Assembly: GCF_021869535.1 (NCBI RefSeq) | Contig: NW_026262668.1 | Coordinates: forward strand, 36,022,001 to 36,086,000 | Source of the DNA: Mytilus californianus | Lineage: Eukaryota | DNA: 64,000 nucleotides | Reading direction: 5' to 3' | In this document: positions 37,146-49,889 of the stretch, piece by piece | Layout: each line of letters opens with the position of its first letter | Position numbering within the stretch: position 1 is the first letter of the stretch | Made by a program: the position numbers and the translations under genes | Notes under the pieces: generated by a model | Told to the model about the DNA's origin: nothing | Databases searched by the model: none | The model's input: the letters and a program-made list of their open reading frames with translations, nothing else

Positions 37146-40100
37146 ATACACAGGCAGAAGATGCTTATCCTGCACACGCACCTGGTATCGCTCCTTTTTG
37201 GAGTTCATGCGATTCCTTCGATTTTTGTTTGTAACACCTTGAATCGCATCTTCTTAATCGATTTATGATATTTTAACATCGGTAAACTACTATGGCCTAA
37301 ATTAATTTTAAACGTTCGAGTCAAATAACATTATGTTTTGCCATATATATTTGAATGTTTATCTGATGTGACTTCGTTGAAAAGCTATGAAAATACACAT
37401 TTTGTAAAGTGACCTTTCTCTCTATTTTCCCATACATGGAAACTAATCTTTTAAAAATTTAGATGTGCCTGTTTGGTGGTAAGATTTTGACATTTTGGAG
37501 TCCAACATTGGTTTCTCATTTTAACCATTTGCTTTTTTATTTCGATATTCTTTGTTATTGCACATCTGAAAATAAGAAATCGTTTTACAGTTACAAACCT
37601 TTACTTAAGATAATTGAAAATGTTCTTAAGGTAGTATTACAGTCTGACTTTTCTGACTCCAACCAACAGTCTTTAAGGATTAATTTCTCCATCAGTACTC
37701 AATGAATTTTTAAAATCTTCAACTCATTTTAAAGCTGAAATGTTATTCTTTCTTAATCAATATAGATAAAGTTATTTTTGGTATGATCAATTAAAAATAT
37801 AGCTCATTAACTGCAAATATCTCTCTACCAACTTAGAGGAAAAAGCACATTCATGTCAAATAGTAGTAAACTATTGTTTTCATCCCTTTAATTGACAATA
37901 CACAAGCTACAAATGTTTTCTCGGATTTTTTGGTATATACCCCCAGTTCAAAGATATACTGATTTAACTGCTAGATGCAATACCTCATTTCACCTTTCAT
38001 CTCTGGAGACCTATGAATTCATTCATAAACAAACTATCTAAAAACTGGGACACGATTTTGCAGAAGTTACTCCCTTTAATCACACACACATCAAAGCCAA
38101 ACCAAAGTGTGTGACCTTAAGTTTCTATTTTCATTTTTTGGTAACAATTCATATAAAATTTTGTTCTGAAAAATTACCTCACAACGGAATATCCTTCGTT
38201 TAACCCCTATAAATTCAACATAAATATAAATATTCCGCTTGGAACACACTAAGAGTGTTCTGACACCATTATATTATCAATAAAACCACACTTTGTACAC
38301 ACTTAGAATGTAACATTTGCATTTTTTGTGCACTGTCCATCCCTTTACAACATTTATTTGGTATTTTGCTGGAGTTAGACATCACAGATTTGACCAACAT
38401 CTGTAAAGTAGTAGTTAAATATAGGCAAAGCTCCTCATCTGTCTAGACAGTCGACGATAAGAGAATAAAAGAAGTGACCGGCTGCATATAATCAATATTT
38501 AACATCATTCACAATAAAAAAAAATAAAAATTCTCATTGGCATTCAAAAGGAAATATACTGTGAAATTATTATTTTTATTCATATATTTATCTTCCCTAT
38601 CTTCCTCCACAGTTATATCAATTACTTTTATTGGATAAGTTTTCAGTCAGAGATTAACAAATGGACATTTAGTATAAAGGATTTATCTCCTCCCATATGC
38701 CCCTATAATTAAAGTAATTAACAAGTGCTTTTATTTACATAATTTAATTATCAATTTAATCCCTGTTGTGACATGATAATGATTCTGGGATTTTTACAAA
38801 ATCTTCAGATTGATACTTTAAAATAATGTAATAAAAAAAAATCTCCAAATTTTTTTTTATAAGACTGAAGTGCTACTTTAAAACATACATACATTGAATA
38901 TATAGTGACATAAATTATGTATACAAGATATTCGAAAAATTGGTTAATGATAAAAGCTTTTAAACGCTCATATGGCAAACCTATTTATGTCATGAGATTA
39001 TTTAAACTGAAATTTTTGATAAAAAAAATAAGAAAAATTATAAAAAATTAAACATCACATTAGATGCATTATTTGCCGAAATGCGCATTTGTACCAGTAA
39101 TGTCATGCATAAAATTAGATTAAATGAATGCGATGGAAATTCATGAATACTTTCAGATTAATAACACAAATCACAAATGTTTCCTTATACATTATTGATA
39201 CAGCGGATGTAAACTTGAGTGTTTCCTAATTTGAGTAACACAAGCTATGTAGTGATCGGGACAAGTTAAACATGAAGTGCATTTTTCAAATTTTTCTCGT
39301 GTTCATCTTTTCCATAATCAATTTTGGAGGTAAGTTAATATTACTGATTTGTTACACATTTTTATTAGAACGTTTAAAGCGTTTTAATTGTTTAACGTTG
39401 TCTATATTTTAATCGGTATTGTATTCGAATTTTACCTAAATATTTAACGCATTAAGTTTAAAAGCAAGCAGCACCTACTTTACCGATAAGCAAAACTTTA
39501 GTTTTATTACCCGTCGGGGTATTATGTTTCCTGTACGTGTGTCCTTCCGAAAGTATGTCCGTTCGTCCGTACGCATCCCGTATCAGTTTAATGGAAAACT
39601 AACCTTTGCAGGTTAAATTCAGAAGGCGAATGAAACAAATTCGGGTATATTTCTGATGTTTACATATATCAAAACTTATTAAAATATAATATGGACATTT
39701 AAATTGACCAGTTGATATAGCTACAGTTGATGAATAGATGATCACTCATACATTAAGAGTCTACCTGGGTGCTGTCCCATTACTTTACCTGTTGCATTGC
39801 GACTGTTGTAGCGTAACTGGGATAGGTCTTTCAAAAGTTATCCATGTGGCATTAAGGCTTCAATTTTTATCTTGTTAAATAATAAAACATGCATACAGTT
39901 TAAATTACTATATATGGTATGAATAAAGCTAAAGTATGGCCACAAGATGTAAACTTATTTCATGTTCAAATATTTGCTAAAAACTGCTGATTTAAAAAAA
40001 AAATCATTTCCCCATGTTTTGCATTAGAGAATCCTAAAAACAAGTAAAGGAAATAAACAATGTAACTACAGTCTTTTTAACCATTGAAATTAATGATACA

Positions 40101-40559
40101 ATTTATTACCAAAGAAACACAACATTAAGAAGGAAAAAGAGAGTTTCCATTTTACTGTCATTTCAAATTTTAGGAGCGAGAAAGCCAGAACAAGAATGTA
40201 TATGTTTTTTTTTCTTGCAGGGTATTAAATTGCATGTTGTATAATGCACTACATTTCCTCATAATGTTTTCATAGCCAAATACTATGAGTGCTTGGATTT
40301 CTTTCATATTGTTGAAAAGACCTCTTTTATCTATTTATCTATTTCGCTTTTTCTAATGGGAGATAACTCAAAATAATTTTTCCAAACTCTTGTGGAAATC
40401 TTTTAAATTATTTTATAATTTCCATAATTTTCCAGGATTAATAGAAACCAGAACAAATGTGTGCATTCCTTCACTTAAACATTTATTCAATTCTTATTGA
40501 CATTATTCTTGAACAAAGTGTTTATGCATAGTGAAATATCAAAATAATAGTTATGATTG

Positions 40560-41200
40560 AACAATTTTATTTATTTATTGAAATTGACATTTGATATCCC
40601 ATCCAGCATTTCAGTTTCACTATTTGAAAGAATTCTAAAATAATCTCCTAATTCTTTTTACATTTTGGAATATTTTTTTTCATTTTTCACTATATCACTA
40701 GATTTTTTCCCATATCCACAGTATTCTGTTTAATTTCCCATGATATATATCACAATTAAACAGGTGCAGAGGTTTTATATAAGATCCCGAATTTTGTCAT
40801 TTTTGCTCATTTCCAATATCACATTCAAAATGATTATCCTCACTTTACAAAGTTTCTGGAATATTTTATTCATATTTTTCACTATAACAATTGTTTTACT
40901 ATATCCACAATATTCAGTTTTATTTCATTACCCATGATATATGTCCCAATTAAACAATATTAGATTCAGAATTTTATAATAAGTATTTCCAATATCACAT
41001 TCCAAATTGTTATTCTCACATGATTTTTTTTGGAAAATCTTACTTTTATTTTTCCCTTTATCACTAGATTTGACTATATCCACTATATTCACATATTAGT
41101 TCATATTTATGATATATATCCCATTGAAACAGATGAATCGTCTTCATATTAAATCCAGAATTATATAATGATTATTTTCAAATCAAATTTAAAGCCGCAA
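40560..41200. repeat. Degenerate AT-rich tandem repeat, ~180-190-bp unit
   Basis: TATCCAC...CCATGATATAT recurs near 40712, 40901 and 41077. Confidence 0.6.
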
Positions 41201-42269
41201 AAACATGTTGGATGAACTTATTTCTCCTAATTCCAGTTTTATTTTTGTTTCCCTTTTAGATTAACTAAATCCCAACTTATAAAAATTGAATTCCCTCGAG
41301 TGAATTCAGTGTTTTTATGCACAAAAATCCAAATAGATTTCAAAGAAAAACACTGTAATGTATACTCCAAAATTATTTCAAATTTACATGTAAATCATCA
41401 TATGAAAGCCACACAAAACATTTTGAATGAATTATTTCCTCCTTGATACATTCATGACAATCCATTCTTGGAAAAACAATTCTCATTTTAAGAAGCAATA
41501 TTAAATGGCATCTAAGAAGTGAATTCAAATAAAATAAATCCCAACATTTTATGCACATTGATTCCAATAGATTTCAAACATTACATTAATACTCCAAAAT
41601 GAAAAGTTTGAAGGGATATATGAAGAAATGCATAACATATCGATCTGAAAACTAAAATTGAAAACATCTGAATAGATATTTCTTGTTTAACTGACAACTG
41701 AACAATACTATGTATAAGGGTTAAAAATCTAAAGATTCATTTATTATGTAAAAAAACAGTTTTAATTTTCATACATATTAACATGCAGTTAAGAAAATGT
41801 TTTACTGATTTAGATTTTTGGGTCAAAATTAGATAAATCATCTTTATTTGGGGATTTAAAACAATGAAAACCAATAATATTTTCGTCCCTATCAATTTCA
41901 TAATAGAATAACCCTAGGTGAAAAAAAACTTCAGGAAAAAGTCATGCTGTAAGGTTGGGTTAGGTGAATAAAAAAACAGTACAGGTAGCATCAAGGTAGA
42001 CTCAACTCTAACAATACCAGCTGGTCAATTTAAATGTCCCAACTGTATTGTCAATTTTACAATCTGGTTGAACAAGAGGTAAAGGTAGACAGCAACACAT
42101 ATAGTCAAGTCCCAGTAACATGCCAATTTGTTTTATATTTAGAATTAAGATATAATTCAGAATACACAAATAAAGCTTTGAACGATTCTACGCCAGTACT
42201 CAAAACCTTCCCTCCTTTTTGGTGGATTTTACATAGATAAATAAAATCGTATAATAAAAAAGCAAAATG

Positions 42270-42655
42270 AGGATGTTAAATTTGATGTATGCCTTTTTGT
42301 GCTTCTTTGTTACATTTGTTTGTTTTTATAGTGATTAAGATGATAACACAATGTTGACTGCTGTACCCCTATTTTTGACATTTTTACCTATTGTGTCTGT
42401 TTGTTTGTTCACGCATCGTTGTCAATATAATGGAATTTGATGCGACTGTCATACAAGTGAGAGGTTTAGCTAGCTATAAAACCAGGTTCAATCCACCATT
42501 TTCTACAAAAGAAAATGCCTGCACCAAGTCAGGAGTATGACAGTTGTTATCCATTCGTTTGATGTGTTTGAGCTATTGATTTTGCCATTTGATTAGGGAC
42601 TTTCCTTTTTGAATTTTCCTCGGAGTTCAGTATTTTTGTGATTTTACTTTTTGAT
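42270..42655 (+). mobile_element. Family C Penelope-like 3' end
   Basis: Longest copy of the family seen at 14615, 36979 and 58823. Confidence 0.85.
42446..42543 (+). ncRNA. Twister ribozyme-like motif, type P5 (family C)
   Basis: Perfect 9-bp P5 CTGTCATAC/GTATGACAG, GAGGT, CAA at 42489-42491, P3 ATTTTCT/AGAAAAT, P4 CCTG/CAGG. P2 is weak and one loop U is changed to C. Confidence 0.65.
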
Positions 42656-42785
42656 ACTGTTTATTTACGATAAAACTTGAAAGACTTTTTGAATTACTTT
42701 TATCTGTCCGAGCAGAATAATTTTATACAATTATCTCTATAGTGCATTACAATTTGGCCCATAACATGTTTTTATTAAATTACAG

Positions 42786-42998
42786 CTAGCTTGAATATAT
42801 CAATTATTTCGGATACCCAGTATGGCGATGCACAGAAAAACTGCACATCTGAGTTTTCCGGTACACTTATACCATTCCAAATATTACAAAGCAATGCTTC
42901 TTCCGTACTGAAAGCTTTGGAAGTCAACGACACAGCATGGACTGGCCTAGAAAAGTTTGCAGTAGGATGTCAAAATGAAACTGAAACGGAACAAAATA
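42786..42998 (+). CDS. C-type-lectin-like membrane protein, domain 1 first exon
   Basis: QYGDAQKNC...GTL...AWTGLEK pattern typical of CTL N-halves; five N-glycosylation sequons; TACAG acceptor, A|GTATGC donor, phase 1-1. Confidence 0.8.
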
Positions 42999-43847
42999 GT
43001 ATGCTACTTATGATTTATTTAATTGGTATATAAAGCCCATTTTTAGTCGAATTATAAAATGCACTTGTGTATATTTCATTAAAAAATGTTACATATTTGT
43101 ACATGATAAGAAGTTACTTTTTGAATAATATCAGACTTATGAATATACGTGAACTGGAAATGAATTTTGAATCGAATTTAACGATTGACATGGCACATTT
43201 TTTAATTATTTAAATGCAATAAGTTGAATATAAGGATTTTGATATCTTTTTTATTAAAAATGCAGGCTATAGAGACGAAGTAGTTGTGTTATTAAAAGGA
43301 AAATACGTGCCTTAGAACATTATACAGAGTAGTTCAGTAGAAAAACTACGATTTACAAGTTTGCTTAACACTTATTCAGATCGTATGCTGACCTATAGAT
43401 GCCATTTTAGTTTTATTATGATGTTTGATTGCTAGCTCGCACCACATTTCCTTCATTCATATTTATTCTAATTTATGTAAAATAATAAATAAAAAACCAA
43501 AACATTCAGTCCTAGATAAAAGCAAGAAACATTTAACACCAGCGTCCTAGATATGAGCGTTCCATAGAACGTTAACAGGTTCATACTTCTATAACACCAG
43601 TTTATGTAATTGTGCAAAAACCTAGGTTCAAACTGCCTCGTCCAAATATGGCTATTCTAATTAATAACCTATTTTGGTTTTATGCTCTCCGACGATTTAA
43701 ATTTTAGGCCATTCAAACATCTGGTCACGAGCTAAAGATAGTTACCCCAGAAACACGAGTTGTGCGCATGGAAATCATATTATTTTGGGTTTTTTTTTTT
43801 TAGCTTAGAAATGTTTATTTTGTGTATTTTATTTTTACTTTCTTCAG

Positions 43848-43910
43848 GAATATGCACAGATATAAAACATGAACGAGTGCCAACGTCTTTCAAGCTGAAT
43901 TACACATGTG
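43848..43910 (+). CDS. CTL-like protein, domain 1 second exon (ICTDIKHERVPTSFKLNYTC)
   Basis: Long pyrimidine tract ending TTCAG, G|GTTTGT donor, phase 1-1; supplies the two remaining Cys. Confidence 0.7.
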
Positions 43911-44121
43911 GTTTGTAAAATTATGTTATAAATTTTAGACTTTTAAACAGAACTTAATAAACGGGATTGCAATTTGCCGTAACATAGTTGACAGGAAGAC
44001 CTGTGGCTATCAAAATACGTTTCAAGAATATCACATTCATACCCCATATGTATGGGAAAAGGAATCATGGTGATGATTCCTTATTTTAAATCAGTAAGGT
44101 TACTGTTTTACCACGCTGATT

Positions 44122-44640
44122 TAGATATAAGAAGATGTGGTATGACTGCCAATGAGACAACTCTCCATCCAAGTCAAAATTTATAAAAGTAGACCATTAT
44201 AGGTCAAAGTACGGTCTTCAACACGGAGCTTTGGCTCACACCTAGCAGCAAGCTATAAAGGGCCCCAAAAATGACTAGTGTAAAACCATTCAAACGGGAA
44301 AACCAACGGTCTAATCTATATAAAAAACGAGAAACGAGAAACACTTATGAACCACATCAACAAACGACAACGACTGAACATCAGATTCCTAACTTAGGAC
44401 AGGTGCAAACAATTGCAGCGGGTTTGAACGTTTTAATGGTACCAAACCTTCACCCTTATCTGAAACAATAGTGTAACATCACAACATAGAAAGACACACT
44501 ATAAAATATCAATTGAAATGGATTTACTCATTCAAAAGACATATTAACAACAGTGAACATACACTGAACAAATAAATTTGATCTATGATACAATGTAAAT
44601 ACAAAATAAATAAACTAAGGGAAGAAAAATTAAAGTAACA
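44122..44640 (-). mobile_element. Family D Penelope-like 3' end
   Basis: Close paralog at 50020-50346; shares the GTCTCATTGGCA.TCATACCACATCTTC terminus. Confidence 0.85.
44381..44463 (-). ncRNA. Twister ribozyme-like motif, type P5 (family D), core apparently intact
   Basis: Minus strand TCAGAT-AA-GGGT-GAAGG-TTTGGTACCATTAAAACGTT-CAA-ACCC-GCT-GCAATTGTTTGC-A-CCTG-TCCTAAG-T-TAGG-A-ATCTGA; P2, P3, P4, P5, T1 and T2 can all pair. Confidence 0.8.
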
Positions 44641-44789
44641 TGATTTAGCCTTTATTTCATATCAATATGTAAAAAGGTAGTATAAGCGAAATGACATACC
44701 ACTGAATTGAAATGATTAAGTCTCAGTGGTAAACAGCAAATTGTCAAAATCAGCGTTATAATGAATGAGTAGTACAAAGACAGAGAAAG

Positions 44790-45180
44790 AGAGTGAAAGA
44801 TACCAACGGGATATTCAAACTCATTAGTCGAAGACAAACTAACAACTCCATGGGGAAAAAACGAAAAACATAAACAAGACAAACTACAGTTTACAAAATA
44901 CAACATAGAGAACAGCAGTCAGAGCAACACGGTCCCTATCAATAACCGGGGTGATCCAAGATGCACCGGAAGTGTAAGAAGATCATGTTGCACATGTGGC
45001 ACCATTCAAGTGGCTCATGTAAAAAATATTCGTGATATGTCTCATTCGGTGTTGTCACATTCAAAGAAAAGAGGACATAAGTGTGGTTCCGACAATTGGA
45101 GCATATACATCGTCATTTGTTCAACAGATATTCCATATCAGTCAACCAACTCGTGATGGCGTCCGTAAATTTTAAAAGGG
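44790..45180 (-). mobile_element. Diverged family B 3' end
   Basis: Colinear with 30690-31110. Confidence 0.75.
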
Positions 45181-46088
45181 ATGACTTTATTTAATGTAAT
45201 CCTTCGTGGCGTTGAACAGAACTGTGTTTTAGCTATGAAATGCCATTATAATTAGTCAATCATCACCTCATTTGAAACTGTGTTCAATAGGACAGTTGAT
45301 TTGATTTATGAGGGTCACTACTAAAATGAATTCATATCAGGAACTTACTAGAAATTGAGCGCTTATGTGCTTTCCGACATCCCAAACATAGAATAGCTTT
45401 TTATCTTGAATTTAATGAAAACGAATTTTCTAATTTCAAGTAAAATTTCAAGACATAGGTTAGTAATTTCTAGAAATAAATCTGAGTTCATTTACAGTCA
45501 AAATTTAAATGTTAAGTTTTTGACAGCTGATTTTTCTATAATTAAGTCAAATCATAAACTAATGTATTAATTTCTAGATGCAAGTGAAAAGTTCTATGAT
45601 ATTTTGAGTATATTTTTATTTACAATTTTGATTTCACTTTATTAAGTCGCAATGTACAATCGTTTATCATACTCAAGACAGATTTGCGTGGAATTCGCCA
45701 ACATTTGTGTGAAAAACGCGACGTAAATTTAGACGCTGAACGAATCATAATTGATGTATTGTAAAGACACCTATCTATATATTTGTGGCAAAACATGTAG
45801 GTGTAGTTCTCTAAGTGTATTTCTATTCAGCTTTCTATAAGACAATGATCTTTCAGTGATGTTTGTATACCATCTATAATAAATTAAGTAGGTGGCGTCT
45901 GTGGTGAGTAATGTGTGAAATCCTATACTTCTTATTGTAAATTATGTAGTAGGCGTCTGTGGTGAATGATGTGTGAAACGTTTCTTCTTGCTAATTGTTT
46001 AAATATAAAATAACCATTTGCATCAGAAATATCCGGCAAAACTGACAGTTTATAAGCATTGCATTGATAAATTGATTCTACATTTCTA

Positions 46089-46349
46089 TAGGGGCCTCGG
46101 TGGCCAAGTGGTCTAAGTAGTTCTACTACTATCACTAGCCAGTCAACACTGAGGTTGTGAGTTCGAACCCAGCTCGTGTGGGTGCACTCGACTCTAATCT
46201 TAATTGACTAGGATTGTCAGTTTTTCTGTCGAAGGTCGGTGGTTTTCTCCGGGCACTCCGGCTCTCCTTCACCTATAAAAACTGACCACGAAATAGCCCA
46301 AATGTGGCGCTTAAAAGTAGCGTTGAAACACCAACAATCAATCAATCAA
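46089..46349 (+). mobile_element. Full-length V-domain-like tRNA SINE with 10-bp TSD
   Basis: A box TGGCCAAGTGG, B box GTTCGAACCC, GGTTTTCTCCGGGCACTCCGG core, (ATCA)n tail; TACATTTCTA at 46079-46088 and 46350-46359. Confidence 0.9.
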
Positions 46350-47502
46350 TACATTTCTAGATTATATTTACTTTATTTTTCGAAGGTAAGATACAGTATT
46401 GAAGTGCTGACCGAATTTGGTATTTAATATGCTCCTTTTCTTTGCATGAATATATGTTATTTCCGGAATAATGTTTTATTACATATTTATACCACCCTTG
46501 ACTCTTGATAACATACTAGTATTAAAATACACATTACTGTCTTTTAAACTGTATTGGTCATATAACGACGTGTTCCCATTTCGCCACAACTGTATATTTC
46601 CAGGTAACAATATATATACAAAAGTTCTATGACGAGGTTGCAATTGTACTAACGCTAAATGTGAATTTATCTGGAATAAACAAAGCTATATAATACTAGT
46701 CTTGTTCTGTTATTTCATAAAATATAAATCAACAGTTTAAAATTGCTTTATCGTTTAAGAAATAATAGCAACCATATTGAAATCTTAGATTGTTTAGTAA
46801 GGTTAATGAATTATTACAATATTTAAAAACAATTCTTCCTTCCTTAGTAATTCTTGTAAAATGATAAAGAAAATAAAAAATTCTCTTTAGAAGGTCTACT
46901 CCTTCTTTGAAATCATACATTATGAATTTTCAAAAGATTACAGTGACATTGTATTTTAATATTATTCAAAAATAAACACGAGTATCATGACAAAATTTGC
47001 ATTTGCTCAATTTATTTAAATTAGATTTGGTACAAAAAATGATTGACATTATGCTATTTTTTGTCTGCAAAATACAACTAACATTATACTTATTAATCAA
47101 TTTTGTTGTCAAACTCCTATGACAATTGTGGATTTATGCTAATTCTGAAGGTGCTACTTAAATTATTAAATAAATAATTATATAATATTTATCAAAGTTG
47201 TTATTCTTTTTATCCTAATTTGAATTTGTGTACATGAATATGTTATATTTGTATACAGCATTAAACCCCAACGTACTTGGCCTATGTTAAATGTTCACTC
47301 ACGATCCCATTTGTCTTTGTTTGACAAATGTTTGATACTGAAAACTGGAATTTTACACTAAGGCGACATGGGAATAATTTTCTTATGATAACCTGACAGC
47401 TTAGGCTAGATTGGAATAGGCCCTGAAAGGTGTAAACAGCTTAGTAAGAGGACTGCTAACAGTGTCATCATAGTTGTTTCTAATGCTTTATTTATTTTGT
47501 AG

Positions 47503-47700
47503 TTGCTAATGACCAAGTTATGATGACTTCAAATGAGGCCAAAACGTACAGCGATAGTCAAAGTGACTGCAAATCACTAAGTAGCTCAGTCGCCAAACTA
47601 GACAATCAGCACCAATTATATAAACTCCCAAAGAGTATTCAGGTTCCTGATAGGGGTAAAGAGTGGTTTGAAACGGTCGAAACAGACTATCTGAAAAGCA
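47503..47700 (+). CDS. CTL-like protein, domain 2 first exon
   Basis: AKTYSDSQSDC...VAKL...KEWFE; TTTTGTAG acceptor, A|GTAATT donor, phase 1-1. Confidence 0.8.
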
Positions 47701-48007
47701 GTAATTATATAATTTACTCAGATTTTCAATATAATTATTCTATGCATTTTTAGGGGTTGGAGAATGGGAAATTATGAAATAACAGTGATCTTCATAATAA
47801 TTAATTAGAAAAATAATGCACGCATTAATTTATTATGCATTCGTAAAAATAATATCATTATGTGATGTCAGCTAATAGAATAAGATCAAAAAGATAAGTT
47901 TCCTAAATGGTTTAGTTTAGACATAGTGTTGAATATGCTACCATACTTTAATCCTTAGTTTTATCAAGACAATAATGTGGTAATACATATTTTCTTTATT
48001 CATTTAG

Positions 48008-48109
48008 GTTTGATACGGCGTTGCCAGTTTGTGAGGAAAACTGATGAATGTTCTTTACGGGTAGAATTTGGAGACTGTGACGATGCTAGAAAAGGAATTT
48101 GCTACACAG
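48008..48109 (+). CDS. CTL-like protein, domain 2 second exon (LIRRCQFVRKTDECSLRVEFGDCDDARKGICYT)
   Basis: C...DC-x7-IC ending typical of the CTL fold; phase 1-1; CAG|GTTTTG donor. Confidence 0.8.
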
Positions 48110-48494
48110 GTTTTGTGATTTTAGTTAAATTGTTACGTTAAAAAAGTTTTCGTTTCACAAAGCGCTGTGGAAAGTCTGCGAATTTCTAAAAATATACTAT
48201 TCAAAACGGTAGCTGTTTGGTTAGTCAACCAGTCGCATATTCTATATAGATGACACTAAGCTAAACGGTCGTTCTGTGCATGGGCCACGCTCTCTCAGAT
48301 TAATAAAAAGACAAGAGTGACCTACCGATTTGTATACTGGTTTTCCCGAATTAATTCACATCAAGTTTTTTTATGACTCAGATAAGGTACAAACTATATG
48401 GTACTGTGCACAATACCAGTTAAGTATCTTTGTAGGGATGAGTTCTTTACAAAATAATGATATCGTTATCAAAACTGAGATAAATCTCAAGCGA

Positions 48495-48692
48495 AATGTA
48501 CGACGGGTGCCAGATGTGGAACAGAATCTGCTTACCCTTCCGGAGCTCCTGAGATCATCCCCGGTTTTTGGTGGGGTTCGTGTTGCTCAGTCTTTAGTTT
48601 TTTATGTTGTGTTTTATGTACTGCTGTTTTTGTTGGTCTTTTTATTTTTTTGCCATGGCGTTGTCAGTTTATTTTCGACTTATGAGTTTGAA
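48495..48692 (+). mobile_element. Family B 3' end
   Basis: Contains the full structured core at 48501-48590; a second partial copy lies at 48975-49138. Confidence 0.85.
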
Positions 48693-49713
48693 TAAATTAG
48701 TAATTTCATGAAAATTGATGAAAGATTATTTATAATGCATGACCAACAATATTGTTATATTTGTCTATGAACTATTTTTTTTATTATTCTTTCTATTATT
48801 ATATTTGATAGACGAAGATATGTCATATCAAAGCAGTCTCAAATTTGTTGAGTTCCATGAAATTGGTAATATCACAGCGAGGGACAGAGTCGACATTTCT
48901 GAAGAAGATTTATGTTGTATGTACATTTCGAAATTAAGATTTGGTGTTTTAATATATGGTATAACATTGTCATCAGTTTTTGGTGGGGTTCGTGTTGCTC
49001 AGTCTTTAGTTTTCTATGTTGTGTTTTGGGTACTGTTGTTTGTCTGTTTGTCTGTTTCTTTTTTAGCCATAGCGTTGTTAGTTTATTTTCGACTTATGAG
49101 TTTGAATGTTCCTTTGGTATCTTTCGCCTCTCTTTTAAAAGAAATATTTTGGACACAGTATTAAAATGGCACAAAGGTTTAGTAGATAGATCATCTTCTA
49201 TAAATGGGTTTAAATGAGCTGTCAATTATATTAATTATATTATGCCTAGATTACTTTTTTTGAACTATTGTTTGAGCCGTGATGGTATTTTAGAACTGTA
49301 ATTATGAGCTGAATAAGTACTGATAGGCGTTATGATATTTTCTTTTTTAATTTTGTGTTCTCCAAAGTATTACATTTGTAGAATTCCAGGCTTTGGGTTT
49401 CTATCATGCTTGATAAAGGTAATTCCAGAGACATTTGTTGTGCTCGCGAAAATTATATCAAACTCCTATTTTTTTTTTATATTTTTTAGGTTATTTTTTG
49501 TAATAACAAAAAAAAAAACAATTTATTAGAGACATTGTTACACAGATCTAAACAGCAGACCACACACACAAATTAAACTTAGACAATGATAATTCATACA
49601 CAACAGATTAAATCAAGTAGGCATATCCTGCCCCTCATGATGTAAATGAAAAAAAAACAAAAAAGATATGAATTAGCAATATTTACTAGTATTTAAATTT
49701 TATTCCTCGCTAG

Positions 49714-49752
49714 CTGTCTCGACGGTGACGACTATCAAGGAAACGACAGAAC
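49714..49752 (+). CDS. CTL-like protein, stalk micro-exon (VSTVTTIKETTE)
   Basis: CTCGCTAG acceptor, C|GTAAGT donor, 39 nt, phase 1-1, Thr-rich. Confidence 0.75.
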
Positions 49753-49889
49753 GTAAGTTGATATTTGTAGAACTTATATTTGTATAACTTATATTTGAAT
49801 AACTTATGTTTGTGAGTTTTGATTTGTTTCATGTATAGATCCTTCTGTCGTTAACAGAACATTGTGTTTCTTTTGATTCAATTAATTTA

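Noticed and set aside
48330-49217. Long hydrophobic ORFs (121, 141 and 101 aa)
   Set aside because: They run through T-rich family B repeat copies inside an intron; similar peptides appear wherever the repeat occurs.
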